From Selaginella moellendorffii (taxonomy: Eukaryota > Plantae > Lycopodiophyta): DNA of 64,000 nucleotides. Every line of letters starts with the position of its first letter. The stretch's first letter is position 1. A program made the translations under genes and the position numbers. Location of the stretch: positions 1,403,882 to 1,467,881 of the forward strand of contig NW_003314281.1 of the NCBI RefSeq assembly GCF_000143415.4, read 5' to 3'. This document shows, one piece after another, positions 10,538 through 21,618 of this stretch. The notes under the pieces are model-generated. The model was not told the origin of the DNA. It saw only the letters and a list, made by a program, of their open reading frames with translations, and ran no database searches.

Positions 10538-12591
10538 CTATGCATCATGCAACAATTCCTTACAGCCAATCGCTGTGACTGCGTGATCTTCGAACTCGCC
10601 AAGCTTTGCGAAAGCTCTTTGTCCGCGAGAGAGATCGCCTTGAAGTCCGCAAGCGCCAAGCAGAGCCACCAAGGACACCTGGTCCGGTTTGAAAGGCATG
10701 GCTTCGAGCAGCTCCTCGGCCTCTCCCATCCTGCCGCTCCGGCCCAGATGATCTACGAGGCAAGTGTAGTGTTCCTGAGACAACTTCGCACCGAAGTGAT
10801 CGTCAAGGATGGGGTGGAGGTGCGAGAACTTGGTGCCGGCGTGGCTACAAGCCGTGAGCGACGCGAGGAGAGTTACTTCATCGGGCTGGATCCCATGGAG
10901 TAGCATGCTGCAGACGAGCTCCATGGAAGCTTTGGACTCCCCGCTGTGTGCCACTGCTGCGATCATCGCGTTCCAGAGCGGAGCACTCGGCCTCGAGAAC
11001 GCCACCATTCTTTCGAACACACTCCGAGCTTCTTGGAGGCAGCCGCATTTTCCATACAAGTTCAGCACTGCGGTGCCGACTCTCAGACCGTCCAAGAGCT
11101 CGGCGTTGGCAGCGGCGACGACGAGCTTGCCGTGGACAAGATCTGGCAAGCTTGCACAGGCGTCCAAGGCAGAGACAAGCGAAATGGCGTCGTGCTGGAT
11201 TCCTTCCACGTCCATTTCGACAAACAGCTCGATCCCCCGGCGAAACTCTCCTCCGTGAAAGCACGCGGCAAGCATTGAGTTCCATGACGCGATATCTCTC
11301 TGTGGCATTCCATCAAAAACTTTCTTGGCATCAAGGTGGCGAGCGTTTCTCGCGCAAGCCGAAACGAGAGCGTTCCAGGAGACGACGTTCCTGCTGGGCA
11401 TTTGCTGGAACACAAGCACGGCATCTTCGAGCCTGCCACACTTGGCATACAAATCGACGAGCGCAGTCCCGACAACAGCATTTGAGAGTAGACTATCGCG
11501 GCAGCAAATCTCTCGGTGGATCTCACTCCCAGTTTGGAGATCCCCAACACTTCCACAGGCATCTAACACGACCACGAACGTCACCCTGTCTGCCTGGAAG
11601 CCTTCCAAGTCCATGAGCACGAAGAGCTCCAGCGCTTCTCTGGGATGCCCAGCCTGAGCATAGGCTCCGATCATCGCATTCCAGGCCACGAAGTCGCGCT
11701 CCAGAGGGATCATCCCATCGAACAAGTTCCTGGCCTCTTGGAGTCGCCCGTGACGACCAAGTACCGCGAGCATCGACGTCCACAGCACCGTGTCTCTCGA
11801 CGTGACTCTTTCAAAGCATCTCACGGCCTTGTCCAGCGATCCGAACTTCATCCCATGCAAGTTGACGAGCGCGGTTCCAATCTCGGTGTCCGATCCAAGG
11901 CCAAGCTCGTCGCTTGCAGCTTCGATCGGGCGAGTAGCCGCTGGTGTAGTGGAGCAGGCATCCAGAGCGATGAGCAAAGTCACCTTGTTGGGAGGAATCC
12001 CATCCAGGAGCAGCGCCTGGAACAGCGAGAGAGCCATCTGGGGGTGCCCGTTCTGGGCGTACGCCGTGAGGATTGAGTTCCAAGAGACGATGTTCCTCTC
12101 GGGCATCTTGTGGAACGCTAGCTCAGCGATTGCCAGTTCACCGCTCGCGGCATTTGCTGCGAGGATTGTTGTCCAGGACACCACATCTCTCTCCGGCGCG
12201 CTCACAAACACACGATCGGTTTCCAAGAACGCACTAGAATCTCTACAAGCCGCGAGCATCGCGTTCCAGGCAACCAAATTCCTGGATGGCATGCGATGGA
12301 AAACACGCTCTGCGGCCCCAAAATCTCCATTCTGGGCAAATGCGACAAGGAGGCTGTTCCACGAGAAGCTGTTCTTCGCGGCAATCTCCCCAAACGCCGC
12401 CACCGCATCGCGGACGCTACCGCAGCGCCCATACATCTGGACGAGGAGATTTCCCAAGAACACATCCCTGTCCAGCCGTCCGGATCGAGCAATCTCCGCG
12501 TGGAGGCGCCGCCCCAGGGCCAAGCTGCCACAGCCGCGAAGAACAGGCCCATAGAAGCGATGGATTGACGCCAGGCCACTCGCAATGGCAT
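10538..12591 (-). CDS. PLS-class PPR protein with E domain (PPR3), apparent 1-bp frameshift near the 5' end
   Basis: 661-codon PPR frame whose first in-frame ATG (12436) lies inside a PPR motif. The out-of-frame ATG at 12591 gives MPLRVAWRQSIAS, which joins YGPVLRGCGS if one base is added near 12553. Confidence 0.85.
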
Positions 12592-12645
12592 TTCTATCCC
12601 GAATCCAATCGATCAGCGCCCCTGGGATCGATCAATCCACTCGCA

Positions 12646-14031
12646 TCAATCCAAGCGATCAGAGCCCCTGGCATCGATCAAGCCGCGCAGGCCGGCGAGG
12701 AGAGAATACGGCGCGGAGTTGTGCGGATCACGCTCCATCACCGCCGCCGCCGCCCGCAAACCCCGGAGCCAATCGCTGCTCGTCCGGCAAGCGCTCAGCA
12801 GCGCGACCCACGCCGCGGGATCCGGCTCAAACGGCATATTCAGCAGAAGATCCTCGGCGCTGGCCAGGTCACCACACCGCGCAAAGTAGTCCACCACGCA
12901 CACGTAGTGGTCTGCGGTAACAGCCACGCCGTACTCGCGGCCCATTGCACGGAAGTAGTCCACCGCGGCAGTCAACTCACCAGCATGGCAGCACGCCGAC
13001 AGGACGGTAATCATCGTGACGTCGCTGGGAGCCGCGCCGCCGGCCTGAATCATCCGGTGGAACACCCGCAGTGCCCCACGGTGGTCGCCACTCTGCGAAT
13101 TTGCCGTCACCATGGTCGTCCACAGCACCGCGTCGTCATTGCACCTCTGCCGCACGCGGCAGAAGAGCTCCTCCGCGTGCGGCAGGCTCCCGCACTTGGC
13201 GTACATGTTGACCGCGCTGGTCAGCACCACCACGTCACCTCCTCCGTACAGCCCGGCCACCACGATTCCCTCCCGGAGCGCGGACGCCACGGCGCAGGAG
13301 TCGAACACGCGCACGAAGCTCGCCTGGTTGGGTTCGATTCCCTCCAGGTCCATGAGACGAAACACTCCCAGCGCTTGCTCTACGTGCCCCCGCTGGGCAT
13401 ATGCTAGGATCATCTCATTCCACGTCGCCACGCCCTTGTACGGCACTATGTTGAAAAAATGCCTGGCACTAGTTAGATCCCCGCAGCTGACGTACACGTC
13501 CATCATGTACTGGAAGGTCTCCAAATCCCTGTACGCCATCCTCTCAAAGTAGTCCACGGCTCTCTGAAAATGCCAACACCGGGCATTTGCTTCTACCATA
13601 GCTTTCCAGTCCTCGCAGCGCTTTTCCGGCATAGAATCAAACAAAAAGCTTGCCTTAGAGAACATACCGTTAACCAAGTAGGCTTTGAGCATGTCTAGAT
13701 AGCATTTTGGCCCCTTTTCCTTGATTGGAAAGAACACCTCCTCCGCCTCTCGAATATGCCCGTTCTGGGCATATGCGGCTATCATAGCCGCGTGAGTGAT
13801 ATCACTTGGATTATAGACCTTTGCGTACGCAGCCTCGGCATCCCTGACTAAGCCACACATTCCGTATAAGGAGATGAGAAGATTCCCGTAGTATGCCTCT
13901 TGATCGTAGCCCCTGGACGCGAGAATCTCGTGGATGCGCTTTCCCTCGTTGAGGGATCTTGCGTTGAGGAATTGCTTGAGCAAAGCGCAGTAGAGCTTGA
14001 TCTCCGAGCTTTTCTTGCGCTGGATTGGCAT
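12646..14031 (-). CDS. PLS-class PPR protein with E domain (PPR4)
   Basis: Intact ORF with first ATG at 14031, PPR motifs and an E domain (HYVCVVDYFARCG..MPFEPDPAAWVALLSAC). Confidence 0.9.
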   Translation of the reverse strand: MPIQRKKSSEIKLYCALLKQFLNARSLNEGKRIHEILASRGYDQEAYYGNLLISLYGMCGLVRDAEAAYAKVYNPSDITHAAMIAAYAQNGHIREAEEVFFPIKEKGPKCYLDMLKAYLVNGMFSKASFLFDSMPEKRCEDWKAMVEANARCWHFQRAVDYFERMAYRDLETFQYMMDVYVSCGDLTSARHFFNIVPYKGVATWNEMILAYAQRGHVEQALGVFRLMDLEGIEPNQASFVRVFDSCAVASALREGIVVAGLYGGGDVVVLTSAVNMYAKCGSLPHAEELFCRVRQRCNDDAVLWTTMVTANSQSGDHRGALRVFHRMIQAGGAAPSDVTMITVLSACCHAGELTAAVDYFRAMGREYGVAVTADHYVCVVDYFARCGDLASAEDLLLNMPFEPDPAAWVALLSACRTSSDWLRGLRAAAAVMERDPHNSAPYSLLAGLRGLIDARGSDRLD

Positions 14032-14157
14032 AGCGGAGTAAAGATTTTCTACCACCTAGATTCATGTCACACATGGTGGAAATTTTTCTTTCATCAAATG
14101 TTATCTATACACGTAACGCTAACTCGTCAAATCAAAAGTTTACAAGCTGTGGATGAT

Positions 14158-15329
14158 TTACTCGTACAAATGCTGGCTCTTTGGCCGCGCGAGGCCGATT
14201 GGAACTGGCGAAAAGGACGTGGAAGACGACGCCCAGCGATTCCCAGTGCCAGACTCATGGGCCCTGCGATTCCTTCGTGGAAGATCCTCACCAATCTCGG
14301 CTGCGCGGGGATTTCCATCGCTAACGCTCGAGTGTGACGACGACGACGAAGTCGTGCTTTGCCGCCGCGAGGTGAAAAGATTCGCGACCGATCGCTCCCA
14401 CCACCATTTCAAGCTCTTGGTTGCCACCGGGAGCAAGAGGAACGCGAGCCTCAGAGCCAGGAAGCACGCCGCGAGCGTGAGATACATGTTGCCCTCAAGT
14501 AGCTTCTCGGGAGAGATATACGGGCACATACCAGCCGGAGATCTGCCTTGGCTCGAGTGAAGGATCAGAGCTTCCGAGGATCCTTGAACTTCCGGCGAAA
14601 ATCCTGGACAGAAGCAAGAATGGATGAAGCTGGAGAGAAAGAGAGAAAGAACTGCGCAAACAAACCAACCTGTCATGTCTTTGTAGAAGCTCGCCAAGTT
14701 CTTGAGATCTTTGGATCCGTGGAAACGAGTCCTGGACTTGGAGGTGAGATGGATCAGTGTTGGGAAGCTATTCACTCCATACTTCGAGAGAACACTGCAT
14801 GCATCGAAACGTTCTTGTGAGTTTCTGTGAGTTTGATCCAGCTCCTCTTTTCATACCTCGGCCTCACGCTCGATTCCTCCACAGCGATGTGATACACCGA
14901 CGGATAGATGGAAGACATCGTGTCAAACAATGGCCTCATGAGCTTCGAGAATGGACACCACGACGCGTAGAGCAGTAGCATCGCGCTGGATTCCACCTTG
15001 GACGCCGACCACAAGGAGCTCAGCGTTTGCTCCAGAGTAGCGGAGCTCTCGTTTAGCTAGAACACAAACCAAGACCACAAAATCAAATGCGCTCTCTCAT
15101 CGTAATCCTAGGCGATCGCGATCGATCTTACCTCGAGAACCCGAGGAACAAGGCTCACGCGATTGACGAGCTCCCCGATGACGACCTCGTCGGGGGAGTG
15201 GAGAAAGATTTGCGCCAAAGAGGGGCGCTTGCAGCACGGCGCCTCCGGCAATCCATCCGACGATCCGAAAGAATGCAAGGAGAAGAGGAGGAAGAGAGCG
15301 TGTAGCAGCAGCCTGTGAGGATCGAGCAT
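14158..15329 (-). CDS. APR-like (5'-adenylylsulfate reductase-like) thioredoxin-fold membrane protein, 4 exons
   Basis: Signal peptide, LLYASWCPFS (CxxS) thioredoxin motif, SKYGVNSFPTL and a C-terminal TM segment (YLTLAACFLALRL), with GT-AG introns. Confidence 0.85.
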
Positions 15330-15410
15330 GGTCTTCTTCCCCGAAAACCCTAGGAGCTGGAATGAAAATTTAGGGCAACAAGAAATTTTTTTGGAAGGGA
15401 GAAAAGAGCC

Positions 15411-17359
15411 ATGGTCCATTTCGTGGAGAGGGAGGGGATCGAGGGCCGGATCTTCCTCGTCACCGGCGGCGCTGGCTTTGTCGGATCGGCAATCTGCCTG
15501 GAGCTCGTCAATCGCGGCGCTTCCGAGGTGCGATCGCTGGACGTGAGCAAGGCATCGCGAAATCTCCCGGCGCTCAAGGCCAATGGCGTCAAATGCATCA
15601 CAGGTATGGCGGAAATCTCCGTGAATCGAGCTGCGCAGAGACAGGAAATCGCGAATTTCGCGAGGATTGATGGAAGGATTGATGGATTGCAGGTGATGTC
15701 CGGCGGAAAGAAGCGGCAGAAAACGCGATCAAGGGCGCGCACTGTGTGTTCCATGTGGCATCGTTTGGGAGCTTGGGCAAGCAGACGCTCCAGGCCGGGA
15801 GGATCGATCAGACCAACTTGGATGGAACTTGCAACGTCATCGATGCCTGTGTCAAGCACGGCGTGGAGAGGCTCGTGTACACGAGCACCAACAATGTTAT
15901 CTTTGGAGGACAGCCTATCATCAATGGAAACGAGGCCATGTCCTACTTCTCGATCGAGCATCACTGTGATCCTTACGGCCGGAGCAAGGCACTGGCGGAG
16001 CAACTAGTGCTACGAAGCAACAACAGGCCTTCCAAGTATGCTTTCTAGATCACCGAGTTTCACTGCTACGCTCTTCCTGGTCTTTCTACTTCGTGGTCTT
16101 CCTGTTCACTGCTAAGTTCTTCGTGGTTTCCTGTTCTTTCTACTTCACTGCTAAGTTCTTGGTGGCTTTCTTGTTCTTTCTACTTCACTGCTAAGTTCTT
16201 TGTGGTTTTGCTGTTCTTTCTACTTCACTGCTAAGTTCTTCGTGGTTTTCCTGTTCTTTCTACTTCACTGCTCGTGCTAAGCTCTTCGTCGTTTTCTTGT
16301 TCTTTCTAATGATTTCTTCGTTTCTTCCCAGAAAAGCAAGCCGCAAGCTCTACACTTGCGCTGTTCGATCGCCTATTGTCTACGGACCCGGAGAAACACT
16401 CCATCTCTCAAGAGTCCTCAGCACTGCCAAGCTCGGGCTTTTCTTTTCCAGAATCGGTGAGAGCAATGCCAGAACCGACTTTATCTACGTCGACAATCTC
16501 GTGAATGCGCATCTACTGGCTAGCATGGCGCTCCTCGACGATGTTCCTGGAACTGGAGGCGTTCCCACGGCAGCAGGAAAAGCTTACTTCGTCTCAGATG
16601 GTACTTCACAGCCAATTCTCTTTTAACCATTAACACAACGAGCGTTTCTTTTTCACAGACGCGCCAACGAACTACTTCGAATTCGTCCGTCCTCTCGTGG
16701 AAGGCTTGAACTACAAATTTCCACAGAGGGAGCTGAGCGTGTCGGCTGCTTTGAGATTCGCATGGTTTTTCTGGGGACTCTATGGATTGCTATATCCATG
16801 GTTGGAGAGATCGTGGATTCCAGATCCACTCTTACTTCCTTCCGAGGTTCACAAGGTTCGCCAACTCTTATTTTTCTCTTCTTGAGTCTAAATTGTCTCT
16901 CTTGAACAGGTTGGAATCACACACTACTTTTCCTCTCTACGAGCACGCCAGGAGCTTGGCTACGTCCCGCTCATCGATCAGAAGGAAGGTCTGGAGCGAA
17001 CGCTTGCCTACTTGAAAGAGAAGAAGCACAGAGAGCTCGAAACGCCAACTTTCGGCTGGTGGATCGGCATCTTGGCGGCTATGTTTGCTTTGTTTTGCTC
17101 GGCCTTCGTGCCTGACCCCTTCATGGGACCATTCGAGTGCGTGCGGAGCCTGGGAATCCTCCTCCACGGCTCGGTCCGGAACCTCAAGCTGGTGTTCCTC
17201 ACCGCGTGCCTCGCTCACGCCGCGGAAGCTAGCTACGCCTGGAAGCTCGCAAAGTCTGTGGATCCCGAGAACGCGAAGGGATGGTTCTGGCAGACGCTAG
17301 CGCTCGGCTTCCCGTCCCTCAGGCTGTTGCTCGCGAGATCCAAGCGGAAGAATGCGTGA
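15411..17359 (+). CDS. SDR42E1-like 3-beta-hydroxysteroid dehydrogenase family protein with C-terminal membrane domain, multi-exon
   Basis: Rossmann motif VTGGAGFVG, HVASFG, catalytic YGRSK, VYGPGE, DFIYVDNLV and a hydrophobic C-terminus (HAAEASYAW..WFWQTLALGFPSL). Confidence 0.88.
16057..16310 (+). repeat. Intronic minisatellite, unit about 39 bp, 5-6 degenerate copies
   Basis: Recurring ctgttctttctacttcactgctaagttcttcgtggtttt. Confidence 0.9.
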
Positions 17360-17632
17360 AGAGATGGCAGAAAGAAGCTCCCTGGGAAGAGATGGATCGA
17401 AAGAAGTTCTCTGGGGAGAGATGGATAGAAAGAAGTTTCCTGTGAAGAGTGGGGAATTTTTCGAGAGAAGTAAAATCTTTGTTTAGAGCAGCTTGGCGAA
17501 TCAAGAAGAATGTTATGGTGGAAGTCTCTGTTCTAAGCTCTCGAAAGTAAAAGACAAAAGAGCAATCCCAATCTCCTGTGACAGTGGAATTAAAAAAACT
17601 TGGGCACGCTCATGGTCGGTTGATAGATCACA

Positions 17633-18407
17633 TCAGCCAGCGATGAGAGCGTACAGTGACAATTCCAGAGATTCCCTGGCCAAGTGCCTGATGTCCAGTG
17701 CCTGGATAGAGAAAAAGAAGTGAAGAAGAACCAAAAAGGAAACTCCAGATAATAGAAGAAAGATCTAGATTTCTTATACCTTGCTGCGAATGCAAAGACT
17801 AGCCATGGCTGGACGGTTCTTGGATCCCGGTCCCGGCGCCGATAATTCTCCTCGATCGATCGAGATGGTCGCGTCCTGAACGAGCAGCTGGTGCTGCCGC
17901 AAGATCCACAGCACGCTCAGCACCAAGCCCTGGCGCATACTGCAGCTCATGCTCAAGAACACGTCGGATTCGCAGATGTGGAGCCCCACGGGGCCGCCGC
18001 CACGATCCATCGCCGGCAGCGAGGAGCTTGCGATCATCAAATTCCTTGACTTACAGCGGCGTCGATCCTCGAGCACGGATTTCCTGAGCGCCAGCTCCTG
18101 GATTTGGCGCTGCAGTGACTGGATCAGCGCCATTGCCTCGGCGATGACCTCGCATCGATCCATCTGTACAGCAAAGAAGCAAGCAAAGCATTTAGCCCTT
18201 TCTGAGAATCCTAGCGATCGATCGAATGTGATGGATGGAGCGAGAGATTACTACCTTCCAGGAATGCGATTGGAGCGGTAGCAGCAGGCGCAGTCGATCA
18301 TACAGCTCCTGGACCTCCTTCCGCCGCTCGCGCTCCGACCAGATGTGATTGATCCGCTGCATGTAACTCCGGCTCCGCCCTCCCTGCGCCGGGATTAGAT
18401 GATCCAT
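17633..18407 (-). CDS. bHLH transcription factor with ACT-like C-terminus (bHLH1, copy A, intact), subfamily Ib-like
   Basis: Exons 18407-18255, 18163-17780 and 17701-17633 encode QRINHIWSERERRKEVQELYDRLRLLLP..K|MDRCEVIAEAMALIQSLQRQIQEL and end ALDIRHLARESLELSL. Confidence 0.88.
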
Positions 18408-18616
18408 GGCCGCGATCCTCCTCCTCTCGCGCGAAGTCTTCGAAATCTTTTGGAATAGTCAAGCACCAAAGGAATTATAAATATTCCGAACTTTCTTTCC
18501 AGGGAATCACACCGTACGCGCGGTGTTTATGATCTGTATAGAAGGCCAGACCCGTGGTACGATGCTTGCAATGCCCGTGAACGCCTGGGCGAAGTCCGTG
18601 GATCATGCCTTGGCTT

Positions 18617-19377
18617 CTACCTCATGAAGCACTGCCAGACGACGCAGCCAAGATCGCCATCCATCATAGGGCTTTGACCGTGTGATTGTAGCGATGCTGA
18701 TGATCCAGCACCAGACGTCGCCGCTGGAGGCGAGGCTGATTCTTCTGCTGGATTGCCTTGGAGGAGGTGAGTATCATGAAACTCTTCTCCTGCGGGGTCT
18801 GGAATCTCCAGCGTGGGAGGAGATGGAGATGGGTCGCTTCTTTCATGATCTTGAGAAACGGGTGAGTGGGCTACAAGTGCCTTGTTCCTGATGCGCGAGT
18901 TCCACTGGTTCTTCACATCGTTGTCTGTTCGTCCGGGAAGCTGGGAAGCAATGTAAGCCCACCTGTGATTGATATCAGTGATGAGGATAAAAAAGTGATG
19001 GTGCCGGATCAAACACCTGTTTCCAACAAGCCCATGGAGCTCGATGAGCTTTTGATTCTCCTCGTCGCTGAATTTCCCACGTTTAAGGTCCGGCCTCAAG
19101 TAGTTCACCCACCTTAGTCTACAGCTCTTCCCACTTCTTTGGAGCCCTGCAAGAAAGCAGCGAAATCGGTTCTATAGAAAACTTCGTGAGTGAGATCGTC
19201 AATCAAACCCGCAAGCTTGGGAACAGTGGTCCATACGTTTCCACACCCGTGCTGCAGTATGAAATTCAGCAATAGCTCGTCCTCTTCGGGCGACCACAGT
19301 CCCTTCCTCACGATCGAGCTCGAGCTCGTCGCGCATCCCAATTCATGATCGTCGGGTTGTTCTCTTCTCGAGACCAT
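18617..19377 (-). CDS. R2R3-MYB transcription factor (MYB1, copy A), 3 exons
   Basis: [67 protein letters not shown] with canonical intron positions. Confidence 0.92.
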
Positions 19378-20646
19378 GGATCGGTGAAGAACTTTGTGAC
19401 AAGGATTTCAAAGAAGATGAATTCATTTCAAGCTTGCTCTTTTGGTCATGGATCAAACTCATGGAAGGACAATATCAGTTGACACACATTTCTCACATTC
19501 CAACCACCATACACAAAAACATGGTAATGTTTTCATTTTTTTTCTTCTGTCTTCTTCTGTTTGTCTCAGCTTCATATTAAGAATCTCACAATAACTTTAT
19601 TTTCTACTGTCCCAAGGTACAAAGCTTGAAAGTCCTTTCCGCAAAGCTGGCCCTTTGACAGAGATTGCAAGATTGAGGCCAATGTTTTAGATCTATACTT
19701 CTGAGTACAGTGTTCACCTTTTTTGAGTCGTAATACCTTAAGATGAAAGTACTATATAAAAATAAATTCTAAAAATCCAGTTTCTAAAATCTTTTTTGTG
19801 ACAGAGAAATGATAAAAGAAATGCATTATGTCAAGTAACACATATTGGATTATAACTCATGCTTGAAAAAATTCACTTCAAAATATATACCATCTTAGCA
19901 GTATATGTCAAAACAATTAATATGCATCACAGAATGTTTTTCTTAGAAGAAACTCACTCAGCTTGAAATAATTTTAGTATTTTCTTTTGGAATTTTTTTA
20001 ACCAAGAATAGCATCATGTTTAGGTTCAGGTTTAGTAAATCAAGGAACGTTTAGGTTCAGGTTTAGGGGGTTTTAGCGATGAGTATAAGTATATTCTAGG
20101 CATCAAAAATCACCTGAGACAAGGAAATGGATTTTTTGATAAAAGGGAGAAGATGTGGAAATAGTGGTTATAGCAGCAAAGTATGGATATAGTTGCCTCC
20201 AATTTTCATGTTTGAACTTCATGTCATATATATATATATATGTGAGGGCCAAGTGTACGGCTACGATGCCGTATACTAATATTAGCGTAGTGGATTTTGG
20301 TAGCCGTCGGATTGGTTTCAATCCGGACCACTCACTCCTGTATATAAGCTAGGGTTTTTGGGTTAATTGAGATGCACATTTCTGTATTCCCTTTCCATAT
20401 TCCATACACTCACATTGGTGGAGGTGAGGGGCACCTTTGATTGTCCCTGGGGAGTGCTTGGATTTGGGATTTTGGTTTAGATCTAGCTTTTGCATTGTCT
20501 AGATCTAGTTTTTTCCATTTCCTTTCTTTTGTTCTTTCCTTTCAGGATTTTGGTTTAGATCTAGCTTTTTGCATTGTCTAGATCTACCATTTCTTTCCAG
20601 CTTTTGTCATTTCTCTTCTTTTGCTCTTTCTTTCTCATTCATTTTC

Positions 20647-21579
20647 ATGGCCGATCCGCAATCTCCTCCTTTGACTCTAGAGCAGCAGTTGGTTCAATTG
20701 CTTGATGCTATGCGCCTGCAATTGAACAACCAAACTCAGTTGATGGCGGCGTTCACGGCACATGGTACAACTCCTCCTGCTTTTGGTGCCAATCCTCGCG
20801 TTCGGCCGGAGTTCTTTCGTGGGAATCCTGGGGATGATGTGTACCATTGGTTCGATCACTTCACGGTGATTGCCACATATCATTCTTGGGATGATGCTCG
20901 ACGTTTGCGTGAGTTCCCCACATGTCTTCAAGGGACGGCATTGCAGTGGTACAATGGATTGAGCGCAGCTACTCGTGGCGATTGGAGTGTTCTTCCGGAC
21001 GTCTTCAAACGCGCCTTTGGACACGCCGACGATTGTGATGATGCCTTCCAACAATTGCATCGTCTTCGCCAAGGGCCATCTGAGTCGGTGATGCAATTTG
21101 GCGTTCGTTTCCGAAGTCTTTTGCTTCGTGCGGAGCCAAATATGTCAGAGCGGATCAAGCTAGGAATGCTGTGGCCAGCACTTCGTCAAGATCTTGTCGA
21201 ACTTGTGCATGCACTTGCTCCTGCCACTCTTGACGATGCTCTTCGCTTGGCACAACGTTATGAGACGTCGCCTCTTCCACATCTTGCTACACGTCCTTCA
21301 GCTCCACTTCCTATGAGTGATGGTCCTGTTCCCATGGAGGTTGATGCTGCTGCTACTCGAGTCCAAGGACAAGGGCGAGGACGTGGTCGTGGCCGTGACA
21401 TTCGTTGCTGGGCGTGTGATGAAGTTGGTCATACTTATCGGCGTTGTCGGCGCTTTCCGGATTGGCAACCTCCATTTCCTGGGTGGAGACCTTGGCGTCA
21501 GCAACGTCCCGTTGGTGCTGCTGCGGTGGAAGGTTTGGATACCGAGGTGCATTCGGGAAACGAGGAGTCGCGCGAGTAA
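20647..21579 (+). CDS. gag: Retrotransposon Gag
   Basis: Contains LRQGPSESV..F, GPVPMEVD and the CWACDEVGHTYRRC zinc knuckle. Confidence 0.88.
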   Translation: MADPQSPPLTLEQQLVQLLDAMRLQLNNQTQLMAAFTAHGTTPPAFGANPRVRPEFFRGNPGDDVYHWFDHFTVIATYHSWDDARRLREFPTCLQGTALQWYNGLSAATRGDWSVLPDVFKRAFGHADDCDDAFQQLHRLRQGPSESVMQFGVRFRSLLLRAEPNMSERIKLGMLWPALRQDLVELVHALAPATLDDALRLAQRYETSPLPHLATRPSAPLPMSDGPVPMEVDAAATRVQGQGRGRGRGRDIRCWACDEVGHTYRRCRRFPDWQPPFPGWRPWRQQRPVGAAAVEGLDTEVHSGNEESRE

Positions 21580-21618
21580 TGGAGGGACCTTGCGCGAATA
21601 AGTTAGTGACCCCTCCAT
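21555..21618 (+). promoter_or_regulatory. -1 programmed ribosomal frameshift signal (G GGA AAC plus H-type pseudoknot)
   Basis: Heptamer at 21555-21561, 6-nt spacer, stem 1 21568-21576/21589-21597 and stem 2 21579-21586/21611-21618. Confidence 0.85.

Noticed and set aside
12286-13407. Long antisense ORFs over PPR and Lsi2 genes (also 61188-62348)
   Set aside because: Shadow ORFs of GC-rich coding sequence with no recognisable domains.
16057-16310. Regular repeats suggestive of a CRISPR array
   Set aside because: Head-to-tail minisatellite without unique spacers, inside a eukaryotic intron.
18408-18620. Spliced MYB1-bHLH1 fusion protein via AG|GTAGAA at the MYB stop
   Set aside because: The best acceptors give an immediate stop or the wrong phase, and a TATA-like TATTTATAA precedes the bHLH ATG. 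It is unsupported without cDNA.
20037-20075. Telomere-like TTTAGG repeats
   Set aside because: Only a few degenerate units from a local duplication.
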